Shown here: one piece after another, positions 26,792 through 36,729 of the stretch
How positions within the stretch are numbered: the first letter of the stretch is position 1
Layout: each line of letters opens with the position of its first letter
IMG/VR virus record: IMGVR_UViG_3300037067_012588
Reading direction: 5' to 3' (one strand)
Origin: a virus
Taxonomy: Duplodnaviria; Caudoviricetes
DNA length: 64,000 bases
Made by a program: the position numbers and the translations under genes
The notes under the pieces: model-generated
What the model was told of the DNA's origin: nothing
Seen by the model: only the letters and a program-made list of their open reading frames with translations
Database searches by the model: none

Positions 26792-26828
26792 AAAGAACAT
26801 CGTCCAAGGAAGAAATTTCTGGAAAGAA
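26792..26828 (-). promoter_or_regulatory. Repeated GACGATG promoter-like motif
   Basis: Core 26798-26804. Confidence 0.7.
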
Positions 26829-26847
26829 CTTTTGTGAAAATGAGTTT

Positions 26848-27498
26848 TTACGTCAAAAACCTGAATCTGTTTGCCAGAAAACTCACCGAAACACCGTCAA
26901 CCAATATCGTTACCGTACCCATGCCACCGGGCAAGCCTTTGCGCAAAACGTATGAATCACCTTCGTGGATTGTGCCATTGAGAAAGGAATCCACACATAC
27001 AACCTTCGGGTTTTTGAGAAAGCACCCGTCCCTTACTGGGAAAACGAATTTCGTCGGAGGGTAAAACAACTTCCCGCTTCCAACCGAGAAATCAAGATTT
27101 TCAGATATCGCACTGACGGAAGTCCAACGTCCGTCTTTCTTGCACATCAGGCTCATGCCAACAGAAAGGATGTCCGTTCCAACCAGCCGAAGATGCTTGG
27201 ACGAAAGAAACCCGTTGCCAACGGTTTTGAAAAATCCGTTCGAAAAATCATCTATCGCAACGACCTCGCCAGCACGACGAAAAAGAGGAGGACCACACCC
27301 ATCCCATACAGCATACGCCTTTTTGAAAAACCGAAATCGACAGTCTGGGTACGGAACAGATACACACTTTTCATTGATGATGAAGTGCGCCTCCTGCAGC
27401 TCAACGCCACGAATAGAGCCTTCGATAGGGTACAGCCTCCCTATCTCAAAGCCAAGACTCTCCAAGTTGCCCTGAATGTATTGGGCAAACCTAATCAT
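26848..27498 (-). CDS. Hypothetical protein
   Basis: ORF overlapping the upstream stop codon. Confidence 0.65.
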   Translation of the reverse strand: MIRFAQYIQGNLESLGFEIGRLYPIEGSIRGVELQEAHFIINEKCVSVPYPDCRFRFFKKAYAVWDGCGPPLFRRAGEVVAIDDFSNGFFKTVGNGFLSSKHLRLVGTDILSVGMSLMCKKDGRWTSVSAISENLDFSVGSGKLFYPPTKFVFPVRDGCFLKNPKVVCVDSFLNGTIHEGDSYVLRKGLPGGMGTVTILVDGVSVSFLANRFRFLT

Positions 27499-28145
27499 GC
27501 CGTCACCGCCTCCAAGAACTTGACCTGTTGCTGTGGGACAGAAATCGATATCCCAAACCTATCAAGGATTGAGACATATTTGTCACCAAGAGGCGAAGCA
27601 ACAGCAACACACTCCTCGTCCAAGTCAAATCCATCACGAATATCCATTCCTCCGTCCTTGCCATCAACATCCCTGATGACAACAAGAACTTCAACGCCTT
27701 CAGGAATGTAAAACTGCTTCTCTGTCTGGAATGGCGCTTTTGTCTTTTTCGTTTTTCCTGATACTGGTATCGACTCATCTGGCGAATCAGTGTTGCCGTA
27801 AAAATCAACCAGACCTCGTCCTTCGGTAGTGTTTTTGAACTCCTCGGTTGCTTGTTTGAGGCTATACTTCCCCTTAGGCTTCGTTGTTCCAACATAGACG
27901 CCAGACTCAACGTCAATATATTTCTTTCTGGTTTTCTTGCCAAAAATATCGGCAGCAAGCGAGTCTGCAAACTCCAACGAAACAACTCCAGAATGGTACA
28001 CCTTTGTGTCTGGAAGCTTGGCAGAAAGCTTTCCCCACGCCGCAACAACGTTGAACGTTCCGTCACCGTCTTTTGTGATTCCGACAACGTAAACCTTGTT
28101 GCTTGTTCCATCGTCGCAGTGAGCTGCACGAATTGGTCTCGTCAT
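27495..28145 (-). CDS. WGR-domain-like protein
   Basis: GTSNKVYVV...VVAAWGK...KKTRKKY. Confidence 0.65.
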   Translation of the reverse strand: MTRPIRAAHCDDGTSNKVYVVGITKDGDGTFNVVAAWGKLSAKLPDTKVYHSGVVSLEFADSLAADIFGKKTRKKYIDVESGVYVGTTKPKGKYSLKQATEEFKNTTEGRGLVDFYGNTDSPDESIPVSGKTKKTKAPFQTEKQFYIPEGVEVLVVIRDVDGKDGGMDIRDGFDLDEECVAVASPLGDKYVSILDRFGISISVPQQQVKFLEAVTA

Positions 28146-28164
28146 GATTGTATTTCTCCTTTGA

Positions 28165-28195
28165 CATAACATCGTCCGAGGGGCGAAAAAACGGG
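28165..28195 (-). promoter_or_regulatory. Repeated GACGATG promoter-like motif (variant)
   Basis: Core 28170-28176. Confidence 0.55.
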
Positions 28196-28202
28196 AAGGT
28201 TT

Positions 28203-30290
28203 TTACAAGCGAACCTTCCCGTTGGTCAGAATACTTGCGAATCTCTGAAAGAACTTGACCCCCATCGCCTCGATGCTATCGAGATAGACGAAGAAATCTT
28301 CACCGTAATACTTCGCAGGATTTTGGGTTCCAATTCCGAACCCGTATACTTCCGTTCCTTCCTTGCGAAGCCTGTTGCACACATTCTTCAACTGCTGTGC
28401 CATTACGGCATTTGCATCCTTCGTCGTGTGTCCAGTGTACGGTTCACCATCGCTGAGGCTGAAAATAATCTTCCGACGTTCCTTGCGCTTGGAAATCCGA
28501 ATGCTTGCAAGCTCGACAACTTCGCAGTCAAGGTTGTTATTGTGAGCCCCACTGTGAACAATCGTTCCACGAGCAACTTGCCAAGAATCGTTGAAGGACT
28601 TGTAAACTTGCATCATCATCGGGTTCGTGCGGGTGAAGGGGCTTTTGTGGTATTCATCTTGGCTGAATGTTCCAGTTGTCGTCGAGCCAACAATCTCGAA
28701 CGGAATTCCAAACCGAGCCATCACTTCGCCAAGGGCAATCAACATCTGGCGAGTCTGGCGAAGCTTTGAGTTCATCGAATACGACTCATCGAAGATGATT
28801 GAGACAGCCGTATCAAGGCGTGAGCCGTCAATCTGGTCACGGAACACAGCCTTTGAAAGCCCACGAGCAGCCGCAGCAAGGTTGTTCTCGTCAAGTATTC
28901 CCGTCTCTCTGTGCTGGCGGTTCTTGACCTTTGCTTGCGCCCGAAGTGACTGTTCGAGAACCGAACCCATTACGACAACCTTGCCGTTGATGTTGCTCAA
29001 CTCACTACGGTATGCAGCGTCATCAGCAGCCGTCTTTTCGACCTTCCGAACAACATCGTTACGGCGGTCAGGAAAATACTGCTTCGCCGAAGGAGGAAGG
29101 TTGTCAATCTTACTCTGAATGTCCTTGCAAATCGATTCGTATTGAGTGTCACCCTTTGCCTCTTCATCGAGTTCGGCGGCAGTCTCTTCGTCCTCTTCTT
29201 TGGTGGATTCAGCTTTCTCGCCAGACTTGCTCTTTGAAGGTTTCCCATCATCGCCCTTGACAGTTTCGTCCTTGGCTTTCTCGGAGCCTTCATCGCCCTT
29301 GTCACAAGCGTCCTCAGAGCCTTCGTCAGCGTCTTCGGTTTCGTCAGCATCGCCCTCGTCAGCATCACCTTCGTCTGTATCGCCTTCGTCCTCTTCGTTG
29401 GTGTCCTCATCCTTGCCAGACTTGCTCTTGCTTTCCTTGGAGTCTTTTTCGTCCTCGCTGGAATCGCCTTTGGAATCTTCGGAATCTTCGCTTTCCTTGG
29501 CGTCTTTTTCATCTTCGTCTTCAACATCACCAGCAGAAGAGGGCTGGCTTTCTTCGCCCTTTTCGCCCTTCCCTTGTTCCTGTTTGTCGCCCTTTTCCTG
29601 CTTCTTTTCCTGCTTCTGTTCCTGTTCCTGCTTTTGTTCCTGCTTCTGTTCTTTCTTCGCTTCGAGAATCTTGGCGTGAATCTTCTTCGCAAGTTCAAGC
29701 GTTGCCTTGATGCCCTGCGAGCGAGTAATTTTGCGGACTTCATAGAAAAGTTCGAGGGCAACATCGACATACTTTTGTGCAGTCGGTGTCAGAACCCAAG
29801 AAGGGGTCAAACCCTTTTCGATAAAAATCATCGCATGAAGGGCTTCCATGAGCGGAGCGTTCATTTCACCTGTCGAAACCAGTGAGCCAGTCTTGCGGTT
29901 GAAGTAAGAAGCAGCCTCAAGCATCGCAGGTCCAACACCAGCAAAATCCTGCGAACCGTAAAACTCGATTCGGTTGTCCTCAAGAGCGTTGAGGATGGTC
30001 TTCAAAGCTAAGTCCTTCGGAAACTCACTCCGTTTCAGACCGCAAGAATACGTCAGGTGGAGGGCTTCATGCCAGCAAGCCGTCGTGAGGAGAAGGTTGT
30101 CCTGTTCGTTCGGAAGGACAGGGCAAACGCCGAGGTGAAGAATCTTCTTGTTGTCCTCAACACAAATCCCTTCAGCGTGGGGAACGCAACCCTTGACGTC
30201 AAACCGAATCTCGGTTTTGTCGTCGTTGGCGATAAACTTGGCGGCGCTTGTGTATCCGACTTCCTGAGCGTTGACCGAAAATCCTGCCAT
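28203..30290 (-). CDS. CobT-like vWA protein with HExxH N-terminal domain and acidic linker
   Basis: WHEALH...NALEDNRIE, long Asp/Glu-rich linker, MIDAS DESYSM, LSDGEP, GFGIG. Confidence 0.85.
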   Translation of the reverse strand: MAGFSVNAQEVGYTSAAKFIANDDKTEIRFDVKGCVPHAEGICVEDNKKILHLGVCPVLPNEQDNLLLTTACWHEALHLTYSCGLKRSEFPKDLALKTILNALEDNRIEFYGSQDFAGVGPAMLEAASYFNRKTGSLVSTGEMNAPLMEALHAMIFIEKGLTPSWVLTPTAQKYVDVALELFYEVRKITRSQGIKATLELAKKIHAKILEAKKEQKQEQKQEQEQKQEKKQEKGDKQEQGKGEKGEESQPSSAGDVEDEDEKDAKESEDSEDSKGDSSEDEKDSKESKSKSGKDEDTNEEDEGDTDEGDADEGDADETEDADEGSEDACDKGDEGSEKAKDETVKGDDGKPSKSKSGEKAESTKEEDEETAAELDEEAKGDTQYESICKDIQSKIDNLPPSAKQYFPDRRNDVVRKVEKTAADDAAYRSELSNINGKVVVMGSVLEQSLRAQAKVKNRQHRETGILDENNLAAAARGLSKAVFRDQIDGSRLDTAVSIIFDESYSMNSKLRQTRQMLIALGEVMARFGIPFEIVGSTTTGTFSQDEYHKSPFTRTNPMMMQVYKSFNDSWQVARGTIVHSGAHNNNLDCEVVELASIRISKRKERRKIIFSLSDGEPYTGHTTKDANAVMAQQLKNVCNRLRKEGTEVYGFGIGTQNPAKYYGEDFFVYLDSIEAMGVKFFQRFASILTNGKVRL

Positions 30291-30313
30291 TTCTTTCTCC
30301 TTTGTCTTTCACA

Positions 30314-30350
30314 AAAGAACATCGTCCAAGGAGAGAAATTTTGGAAAGAA
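30314..30350 (-). promoter_or_regulatory. Repeated GACGATG promoter-like motif
   Basis: Core 30320-30326. Confidence 0.7.
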
Positions 30351-30440
30351 ATCCAAAAAAATAAACGGCATACCAGAAATAAAAATATTTCGGCGTACCT
30401 CTGGTCTGCGGTCAGTCTTGCTGTTGCCGCCCTGCTCTGA

Positions 30441-30472
30441 CAGAACATCGTCCAGAGCAGAGAATTTCTGCC
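30441..30472 (-). promoter_or_regulatory. Repeated GACGATG promoter-like motif
   Basis: Core 30446-30452, with CAGAAATTC upstream. Confidence 0.6.
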
Positions 30473-30473
30473 T

Positions 30474-30731
30474 TCATTCGCCAAGTTTTTTCATAATAGG
30501 CTCTTCACGGCGCAAAACAGGCAACTCTTTCACCATTGCCGATGAATGTACCCCGCCAGCCTCGTCATACGCCAAAACGACCAGCGTGGCACGATAGGGC
30601 TTGTTCTGAGGCGTCTTGCAGAGATTGTCGAACACCTCTTCCTCGTTGGGCTGCTGAACGCTTGAAACGGTTTTCTGACCGCCGTCCAGCGGCTCCATAA
30701 CGAGGAAAACCAACCTGTTGCTCAAACTCAT
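30474..30731 (-). CDS. Hypothetical protein
   Basis: ORF overlapping the upstream stop codon. Confidence 0.6.
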   Translation of the reverse strand: MSLSNRLVFLVMEPLDGGQKTVSSVQQPNEEEVFDNLCKTPQNKPYRATLVVLAYDEAGGVHSSAMVKELPVLRREEPIMKKLGE

Positions 30732-31291
30732 TTCCCACCAGCCTTTTTAATAAATTCTTCGTCCGACGGAAGGTCGTTGAGGTCAAATGCGACCTTAAGC
30801 TTGACGGGATAGTAAGTTGTTCCGTTCGATACCTTACTCCCAAGCGAAAAGAACCGAGCCTTCTTTGGAAGCTTTTTCTTGTTGTTCCCAACGAAGACCT
30901 CAAGCATATTCTTGTCGAGGTCTATCACATAAGCCCACTCACAGAAAAGAGAATCTTCTGCGAATTCAGAATTATCGACAAGTTCAATTTGAAGTCCTTC
31001 TGGCGAGTTCTGGATAAACTCCAAAATTCTTGCAGCAGTATCACGACTAACCTGTGGATACATTTTCAAGAAACCATCCTCGTTGTCTTTCAGTCTCTCG
31101 ATTTCATCCCAGCGTTCTTGAGAAGAAAACACCGTAGCACGACACCGATTTTCGAAAAGTTCCCTGTTCATATTTCGAAGAAACAGAAGAGCCAACATTC
31201 CCTGACCAGACGGATATCCATCCCACTGACCATATTGAGCGACAACGTATTTACCATCCAACATGACCATCGTCAGATTACGAGTTCCCAT
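30728..31291 (-). CDS. Conserved phage hypothetical protein
   Basis: MGTRNLT...AQYGQWDGYPSGQG...FCEWAYVIDLD, a recurrent phage motif. Confidence 0.8.
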   Translation of the reverse strand: MGTRNLTMVMLDGKYVVAQYGQWDGYPSGQGMLALLFLRNMNRELFENRCRATVFSSQERWDEIERLKDNEDGFLKMYPQVSRDTAARILEFIQNSPEGLQIELVDNSEFAEDSLFCEWAYVIDLDKNMLEVFVGNNKKKLPKKARFFSLGSKVSNGTTYYPVKLKVAFDLNDLPSDEEFIKKAGGK

Positions 31292-31311
31292 TCTTTTTCC
31301 TTTCTAAAGGA

Positions 31312-31854
31312 TTACTCCTCCACATAAATATCCATCCAACGGCTTCCCCATTGTTTTGCAGACCAGTGGGTTTTGAATCGAACATCAATGTGTGTTATGC
31401 CTTTACGATATGAACGTCTCATTGCTCCGCCAGTATCATCGACAACAGCATCACCATACCCTGGAATAATCAACTTCGTCCAATAAGGAATGGCTCTTGG
31501 GTCAGCAGCACAACCACGAACCCAAGCAGAAGTGTTTTGCGATGTTTTTCCACGAGCCATTTGTCCACAACAAATCTTGCACGGACAATAACCAGTCACC
31601 CTTGCGTGAATCTTACGAAGTTTACGTTTTCGTTCTGCAATGATAGGCTTTGGTTTCTGGACAGGCTTTTGAACAACAGGAGCAACTTCAACCTGAGGAA
31701 TCTCATCGGGAATATCTTCAGCAATCACAACAGGAGCTGAAGATATTGATGCCATAGGAACAGCCAGAGTTTCATCGGGAGGAACAAAACCTCCCGCATC
31801 TCCGAGTGTCAACCCAAGACACAAAACAATAACACAAATAGACAAAAACTTCAC
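31312..31854 (-). CDS. Secreted 3D-domain (peptidoglycan hydrolase-like) protein
   Basis: Signal peptide; VTGYCPC...AADPRAIPYWTKLIIPGYG...DDTGGAM...HIDV. Confidence 0.85.
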   Translation of the reverse strand: MKFLSICVIVLCLGLTLGDAGGFVPPDETLAVPMASISSAPVVIAEDIPDEIPQVEVAPVVQKPVQKPKPIIAERKRKLRKIHARVTGYCPCKICCGQMARGKTSQNTSAWVRGCAADPRAIPYWTKLIIPGYGDAVVDDTGGAMRRSYRKGITHIDVRFKTHWSAKQWGSRWMDIYVEE

Positions 31855-31932
31855 AATACCCCTCCTTGCTATTCCCCCAAAGATGGATAGCCAATAGAAG
31901 CGATGTCCGACTCCCCAGCCGAATATCACTTC

Positions 31933-32115
31933 TTACATTTCCTTCATAACAGACATTTCGCCAGTTGCCTTCAAACGAAGATACCTCGCCTGAGACGATG
32001 ACATCCCATCATCGGTTTGCTTGACGAAAATGCCATAACACTTTCGACAAAGGCCTCCATAGCCTTTGGATACTTCGTATTTTCCGCACTCGGGACACAT
32101 AATCTTCGTGGTCAT
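31933..32115 (-). CDS. Small zinc-finger protein
   Basis: CPEC...CRKC. Confidence 0.55.
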   Translation of the reverse strand: MTTKIMCPECGKYEVSKGYGGLCRKCYGIFVKQTDDGMSSSQARYLRLKATGEMSVMKEM

Positions 32116-32130
32116 GACTTTTCTCCTTCG

Positions 32131-32165
32131 GAAGATCATCGTCCGACAACAGAAAAAACTCTCAA
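32131..32165 (-). promoter_or_regulatory. Repeated GACGATG promoter-like motif (variant)
   Basis: Core 32137-32143. Confidence 0.5.
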
Positions 32166-32185
32166 CAATCTTATAATTTTAGCCT

Positions 32186-32722
32186 TCAATTCATCGTGTT
32201 CTCAGGAACTTTCTTCCTCGCCTTTCTGATTATACCATCAGGCGAGCCAGCAAGAGGCGCAAAAAGTGGACCAACTGGAGCCAGCCGAACACTCTCTCCA
32301 CTCTCGCACCACTCAAAACTGTAATACGGGTCCATCGACAAAAGACTCAGCCCTGATTGGGTAAACTTCTTCCCAATCGCCATACCAACAACCCTACCCC
32401 AATGCCCCGTATTCTTCCCAATCTTCGTCAGAATGTCAACTGCCTTTTTGAGCTGGCCAAGAACTTCGTGGTCGATAACATCTGACTTCAATTCGACAGC
32501 AAAACAGGTTGCCCCAGAATCGCCCTGTGAGGCGCACCAACGGTCTTGAAATACAAGGTCGGCTCTTTCATTGGTTCTGCTGTCAAGAACGTACTCACGC
32601 CCACGCACGAACAATTTAGAGGCATCCAAACCAAATGCCTTGGCAAGGATGCCTTTGTTGCGCCATAAAATATCAATCATCCGTTTGTGTTCGCTGTTAT
32701 TCTTTTCTTCCTCACCGCTCAT
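32186..32722 (-). CDS. PD-(D/E)xK nuclease-like protein (NucS C-terminal-like)
   Basis: REY...RADLVF...AVELK...GQL. Confidence 0.6.
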   Translation of the reverse strand: MSGEEEKNNSEHKRMIDILWRNKGILAKAFGLDASKLFVRGREYVLDSRTNERADLVFQDRWCASQGDSGATCFAVELKSDVIDHEVLGQLKKAVDILTKIGKNTGHWGRVVGMAIGKKFTQSGLSLLSMDPYYSFEWCESGESVRLAPVGPLFAPLAGSPDGIIRKARKKVPENTMN

Positions 32723-33128
32723 TGTCTTGCCTTTCCAAAAAACCATCTATAGGCATAATCGTTGCTGGAGATAATGAAAGCATAAATCCGACCTCAAGAA
32801 TAATTGGAGATTCTTCCTCGGTTTCACTCAACGGAGCAATCCTGATATAGGCAATAACTGGACCAGCACCAAGAGTACAATAAGCACTGTCATCTTCGCC
32901 ATCCAACTCAAAAGAACGACAAAGAGAAACTCCAAGGGCTTCGCAAAACATAGCAATCTCTTGCTCGTTTGGAACAATCTCTTCTGTACAACCTTGGCTT
33001 CCTTCAAAGGTACAACGAATCTTCAAATCCCTCAACCAAAAAATATTTGCTGATTCCTTCGCAAATTCACGAGCCTTCAAGGAAAAAGCAGATTCGATAG
33101 CTCCCTTGTTCAACTTTATTTCTGACAT
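32712..33128 (-). CDS. Hypothetical protein
   Basis: ORF within the operon. Confidence 0.65.
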   Translation of the reverse strand: MSEIKLNKGAIESAFSLKAREFAKESANIFWLRDLKIRCTFEGSQGCTEEIVPNEQEIAMFCEALGVSLCRSFELDGEDDSAYCTLGAGPVIAYIRIAPLSETEEESPIILEVGFMLSLSPATIMPIDGFLERQDNER

Positions 33129-33406
33129 TATTTACCCTCCATATTTTTTGCGACAGCTAGAACTGCAGCAATCTTCTGTGAACGAAATAACTTCTTCACC
33201 TTACGCTCAAAACGGAGGGCATCACCTTTCTCAAACACATTACCTGTCCATGCAACAAGCACAACGGGAATACGCTTAGATGTATACTTCGCACCCTTCC
33301 CCTTGTTATGTGTCCCTATTCGCTTCTCGACATTATTCGTCGCACCACAATACAACGTTCCATCCGAGCAACGAACTAGATACACACCCCACTTGTCGCA
33401 AGTCAT
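33128..33406 (-). CDS. GIY-YIG nuclease (YhbQ/UPF0213-like)
   Basis: VYLVRCSDGTLYCGATNNVEKRIGTHNKGKGAKYT...ALRFERKVKKL. Confidence 0.9.
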   Translation of the reverse strand: MTCDKWGVYLVRCSDGTLYCGATNNVEKRIGTHNKGKGAKYTSKRIPVVLVAWTGNVFEKGDALRFERKVKKLFRSQKIAAVLAVAKNMEGK

Positions 33407-33447
33407 AATAGCCTCCTATCATACGCAAAACTATAGAAAAATGTAAC

Positions 33448-33480
33448 AAACCCCTCTCGTTAGAAAGGGGTCTGTTTTTG
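33448..33480. terminator. Intrinsic terminator-like hairpin
   Basis: ACCCCTCTC/GAAAGGGGT stem with T-rich tails. Confidence 0.5.
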
Positions 33481-33502
33481 ATATCTCAGTTGTCTCATTA
33501 TC

Positions 33503-34894
33503 TCACTCGTCAAAGCCACTCTCAGGAGCCAAGACCTTCACCTCAGGTTTCTTCCCATCCTTAAAATCCTGCAACACCTTCTGATACTGCTCCTGCGTTA
33601 TCAAACCACTCTTGAACTCGTTGCGAGCTTGCTTCACTTCGGGAGACATGTAAGCTTTTCTGAACCCCTCGGAACACTCGGAATCCTTGCCATATACTTC
33701 TTCATTAACCTTGTGGTATGCCTTCAAGTAAATGCTGTCAGGAGTCAAGCTCTCCTCATACGCCCGCTTCTCAGCACCGTACAGCTTCCGCTCATCACTC
33801 AACTCACCCTTCAAAGGCAAACCCTTATAGAACACCTTCGATACCAACATCCGGTCGTACACCTTGACCAGCTTCTTGCCCTTCTTGTAAGGCTTTACCT
33901 TTACATCTTCCGATTCAAACCCTTGAACGGAACTATATTTGTCACCTACAAAAATCAAACTCGCAACACTACTACCCGATCCAAACTTAATCCCTGCACC
34001 ATCAAACCCATACAAAACCAACGACCGAAAAAACTTTGCCTTCTGTCCACGATTGTTTTCAAGACTTATCTGCAACCACTCGCAAGCCAAACCGTCCTCA
34101 AGGTTCTTCACAACCTCAATCAAGGTCAGAAGACATTCCAGTCTGCTCGTCGGAACAGGACGATATTCAAACGTATACCCCTGCTTGCCGAAATACGAAA
34201 CCAAGCCCGTTTGCGGTTCGCCTGTGCGAAGGTCGCCAAGACCTGCACCAGAGCTATAGATGCTTTGCTCAAGCGTGCGGTAATTCGGCTTCTGGTTAAT
34301 CGATGTCAGCATTCCGTAGGTGTATGCAACGTTGCCAACAAGGTCTCCATAACCAGTATATTGGTAAGGCTTCAGGTTGGTGATGTGGCAGCTTGGGCGG
34401 CTGGCTTCAAGACAAACAACTTCAAACCATGTTTCGTATTTATCTTCGACATTTGACCCTTTTGCGTTTTTATACTTGTGGATTACGATTTCGTTTTTGT
34501 GCTTAACCTCAGTGTTGTCCTTGTCGGTCGAAAGCAGGACGCCGTCCTTGAAGTTCTTCAGGTGAACCGCAACAGACTTTGTGCAACGACGATCAGTCGT
34601 GATTCCTGCCCATCGAGGCGCAGGGTTGCCTTCATCAAAGATGATTTCAGCAACATCCGTCATTTTGATTTCGCCACCTGTACGCTTCTCGTCCTTCTTG
34701 GCGTCTGCATTAATGACGTCGGCGTATACGAGGACGTCGGTTTTAAGTTCGGTGTTGATGTAAAGCACGTCGCCCGTAATGGTTTTGCCATCTTTCATCA
34801 CGATACGGTCGTAAAAGTGCTGGTCTTGTGTATCCGCAGCGAACGCTGGGAGTGTGGCGAGGGCAAGCAGTATTGCAGTGATATAGCGTTTCAT
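33503..34894 (-). CDS. Secreted/periplasmic hypothetical protein
   Basis: Signal peptide MKRYITAILLALATLPAFA; DRIVMKDGKTITG beta-domain start. Confidence 0.75.
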   Translation of the reverse strand: MKRYITAILLALATLPAFAADTQDQHFYDRIVMKDGKTITGDVLYINTELKTDVLVYADVINADAKKDEKRTGGEIKMTDVAEIIFDEGNPAPRWAGITTDRRCTKSVAVHLKNFKDGVLLSTDKDNTEVKHKNEIVIHKYKNAKGSNVEDKYETWFEVVCLEASRPSCHITNLKPYQYTGYGDLVGNVAYTYGMLTSINQKPNYRTLEQSIYSSGAGLGDLRTGEPQTGLVSYFGKQGYTFEYRPVPTSRLECLLTLIEVVKNLEDGLACEWLQISLENNRGQKAKFFRSLVLYGFDGAGIKFGSGSSVASLIFVGDKYSSVQGFESEDVKVKPYKKGKKLVKVYDRMLVSKVFYKGLPLKGELSDERKLYGAEKRAYEESLTPDSIYLKAYHKVNEEVYGKDSECSEGFRKAYMSPEVKQARNEFKSGLITQEQYQKVLQDFKDGKKPEVKVLAPESGFDE

Positions 34895-35189
34895 CGTATA
34901 TTCCTCCAGTTTACGGGTGGCAACCATAGCCTCCCCATCTAAAGGAATATCGTCCAACTTGGGAAAAATTGTGTAAAATTCCGACACAATCTCTACATGT
35001 CGGAATAATCTTTTCCATCACAATAACAACATACCCCATCAACAAGCCTGCTATTACAACAAACACAACCACGATTTCTACGCATGGATTCATCAGAAAG
35101 CTTTTTGACGACAGAGCTTAGAACTTCGTCATGCTCGATATACGGATACAAAAACCTCTGAAGCCTCTCGATTTGTTCATCAGTAAGCT

Positions 35190-35534
35190 TCATCCGTTTC
35201 CTTTCTTTTTCTGACAGCAAGAACAACAAGATGTTGAAACATTGCCCGTCTGAGGTTTTGGAGCTGGAGGACGGCGAGACAACGGTTTCTTACCAATACC
35301 TCCTTTTTTCACAGACCCCTCTCGAATTGGCATATCCATCCGCTTCTTCATCAACTCGGCAGAGGCAGCCTCAAACCAAGGGCAGTCATTGTTATTATTC
35401 AACTCATACGGGTCAGTACAACCGATAAATAACCTGAAGAAGAAAAGATCTATCTGATAAATATTCGGAGATTTGCACTTTGTAGAACAATCAGAGAGAT
35501 ACTTACACTCAGGACAATAAACCTCTATCATCAA
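35190..35534 (-). CDS. Cys-rich hypothetical protein
   Basis: CPEC, several further Cys, CPWFE. Confidence 0.6.
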   Translation of the reverse strand: MMIEVYCPECKYLSDCSTKCKSPNIYQIDLFFFRLFIGCTDPYELNNNNDCPWFEAASAELMKKRMDMPIREGSVKKGGIGKKPLSRRPPAPKPQTGNVSTSCCSCCQKKKGNG

Positions 35535-35962
35535 TTTCTCCTTTTTAGGTTTTCAATGGCAACAGCCTGACTCTCGATTGTCAGCTTTGCCCGACGAATC
35601 AAAACCAGAGAATGACGCTGGTTTAATGTCGGATTGAATGTGTTATCTCCAATAATCGGAGGCAAATCTCCCAAGTGCGTTTCAATCGTATGCTGAAGGT
35701 CCGTGATATCACAGGCAGCCTCGCTCCATGAATCTTTGACCTCTTTGAGAAGAGCTTCCTGTTCGTCAAATTTCTTTCTCAGACACACGGGACATTCTAC
35801 CTCTTGCATGTTGAGTGGATAATCACGACAACGAACAAAAACCTTTCCGCTGCCCCAACACATCTCACAAGGCTCTTCCATCGGTGTGTCGTCAAGCGTC
35901 AAACCATGAGCTGAAAAATCACGGTTGTCGCTTTCACCAGTGATAGGATCAGGAATCACCAT
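35531..35962 (-). CDS. Hypothetical protein with DnaJ-like CxxCxGxG motif
   Basis: CEMCWGSG...CPVC followed by a coiled coil. Confidence 0.6.
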   Translation of the reverse strand: MVIPDPITGESDNRDFSAHGLTLDDTPMEEPCEMCWGSGKVFVRCRDYPLNMQEVECPVCLRKKFDEQEALLKEVKDSWSEAACDITDLQHTIETHLGDLPPIIGDNTFNPTLNQRHSLVLIRRAKLTIESQAVAIENLKRRN

Positions 35963-36518
35963 TTTCAGAACTCCTCACGAAACGTTTTGGCTCAAGAATG
36001 ATTCGTTTCTTTCCAGGCAAATACGACACAACACCGAAAGCATCAAGAGATTTGTTCAACTCATCGATAGCATTGAGAATGTCCTCCGAAAGCTCAATGT
36101 TATCTACGAGCATATCATTCCACATTTCTTCATCAGCATGATGAAGATACTCTGGAATACAATCGACAAGTCGAAGGCTGTAAGGATCAATCTCTTTCCG
36201 CTCGCAATGTTCTACAAGGTCATCCGCAGAGAAGAAATAGTTGCTTCCATCAATCTCGCAAATTGGCTCTTTCTCGTTCCACACCTTTTCTGGCATGGCA
36301 AGCCAACGAGTTTTTTCCTTCTCGTCCTTGCAAGCATCACAAAACACACGACTCTTCGGAATGATTGCTCCACACTCGCACCTTACATGTGTTGCCCCAG
36401 CATAACGAGCAGCATCCTCATCCTGAAAGCATTGCTTACCATCAGCCGTCCACCATCCAGTGACAGGACGAGTCTCGAAAACGGCAGCCATATCTGGTGT
36501 GATTATTTCATCAACCAT
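35949..36518 (-). CDS. Conserved phage hypothetical protein
   Basis: EDAARYAGATHVRCECG...CDAC. Confidence 0.7.
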   Translation of the reverse strand: MVDEIITPDMAAVFETRPVTGWWTADGKQCFQDEDAARYAGATHVRCECGAIIPKSRVFCDACKDEKEKTRWLAMPEKVWNEKEPICEIDGSNYFFSADDLVEHCERKEIDPYSLRLVDCIPEYLHHADEEMWNDMLVDNIELSEDILNAIDELNKSLDAFGVVSYLPGKKRIILEPKRFVRSSENGDS

Positions 36519-36519
36519 T

Positions 36520-36729
36520 TTAATCGTCATCCTCTCCAAGATCGCCAAGTTCAACCTCAGAAACATCAATGCTGACCGACCCATCAACATCGTCAACAAA
36601 AACCTCGACCATCGGACACTTGGCTCCAAAGTCGCCGACAAAATCGTGGTCTTTAAAGGGCTCCAAAAGTGCTATAAGGTCTGCAACCTTATAGACCAAG
36701 TTGGAAGCGAGTTGTGAAGACGAACTCAT
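36520..36729 (-). CDS. Small acidic protein, paralogous to the N-terminus of 36752-37222
   Basis: VADLIALLEPFK...P.VEVFVD versus IDDLIGMLESFR...P.IRVWVD. Confidence 0.6.
   Translation of the reverse strand: MSSSSQLASNLVYKVADLIALLEPFKDHDFVGDFGAKCPMVEVFVDDVDGSVSIDVSEVELGDLGEDDD

Noticed and set aside
29140-29660. Low-complexity QEQK and Asp/Glu-rich repeats
   Set aside because: Ordinary acidic linker of CobT-like vWA proteins
25586-30290. Cobalamin biosynthesis (cobaltochelatase)
   Set aside because: No cobN or other cob genes; CobS/CobT-like pairs are common in phages without that pathway
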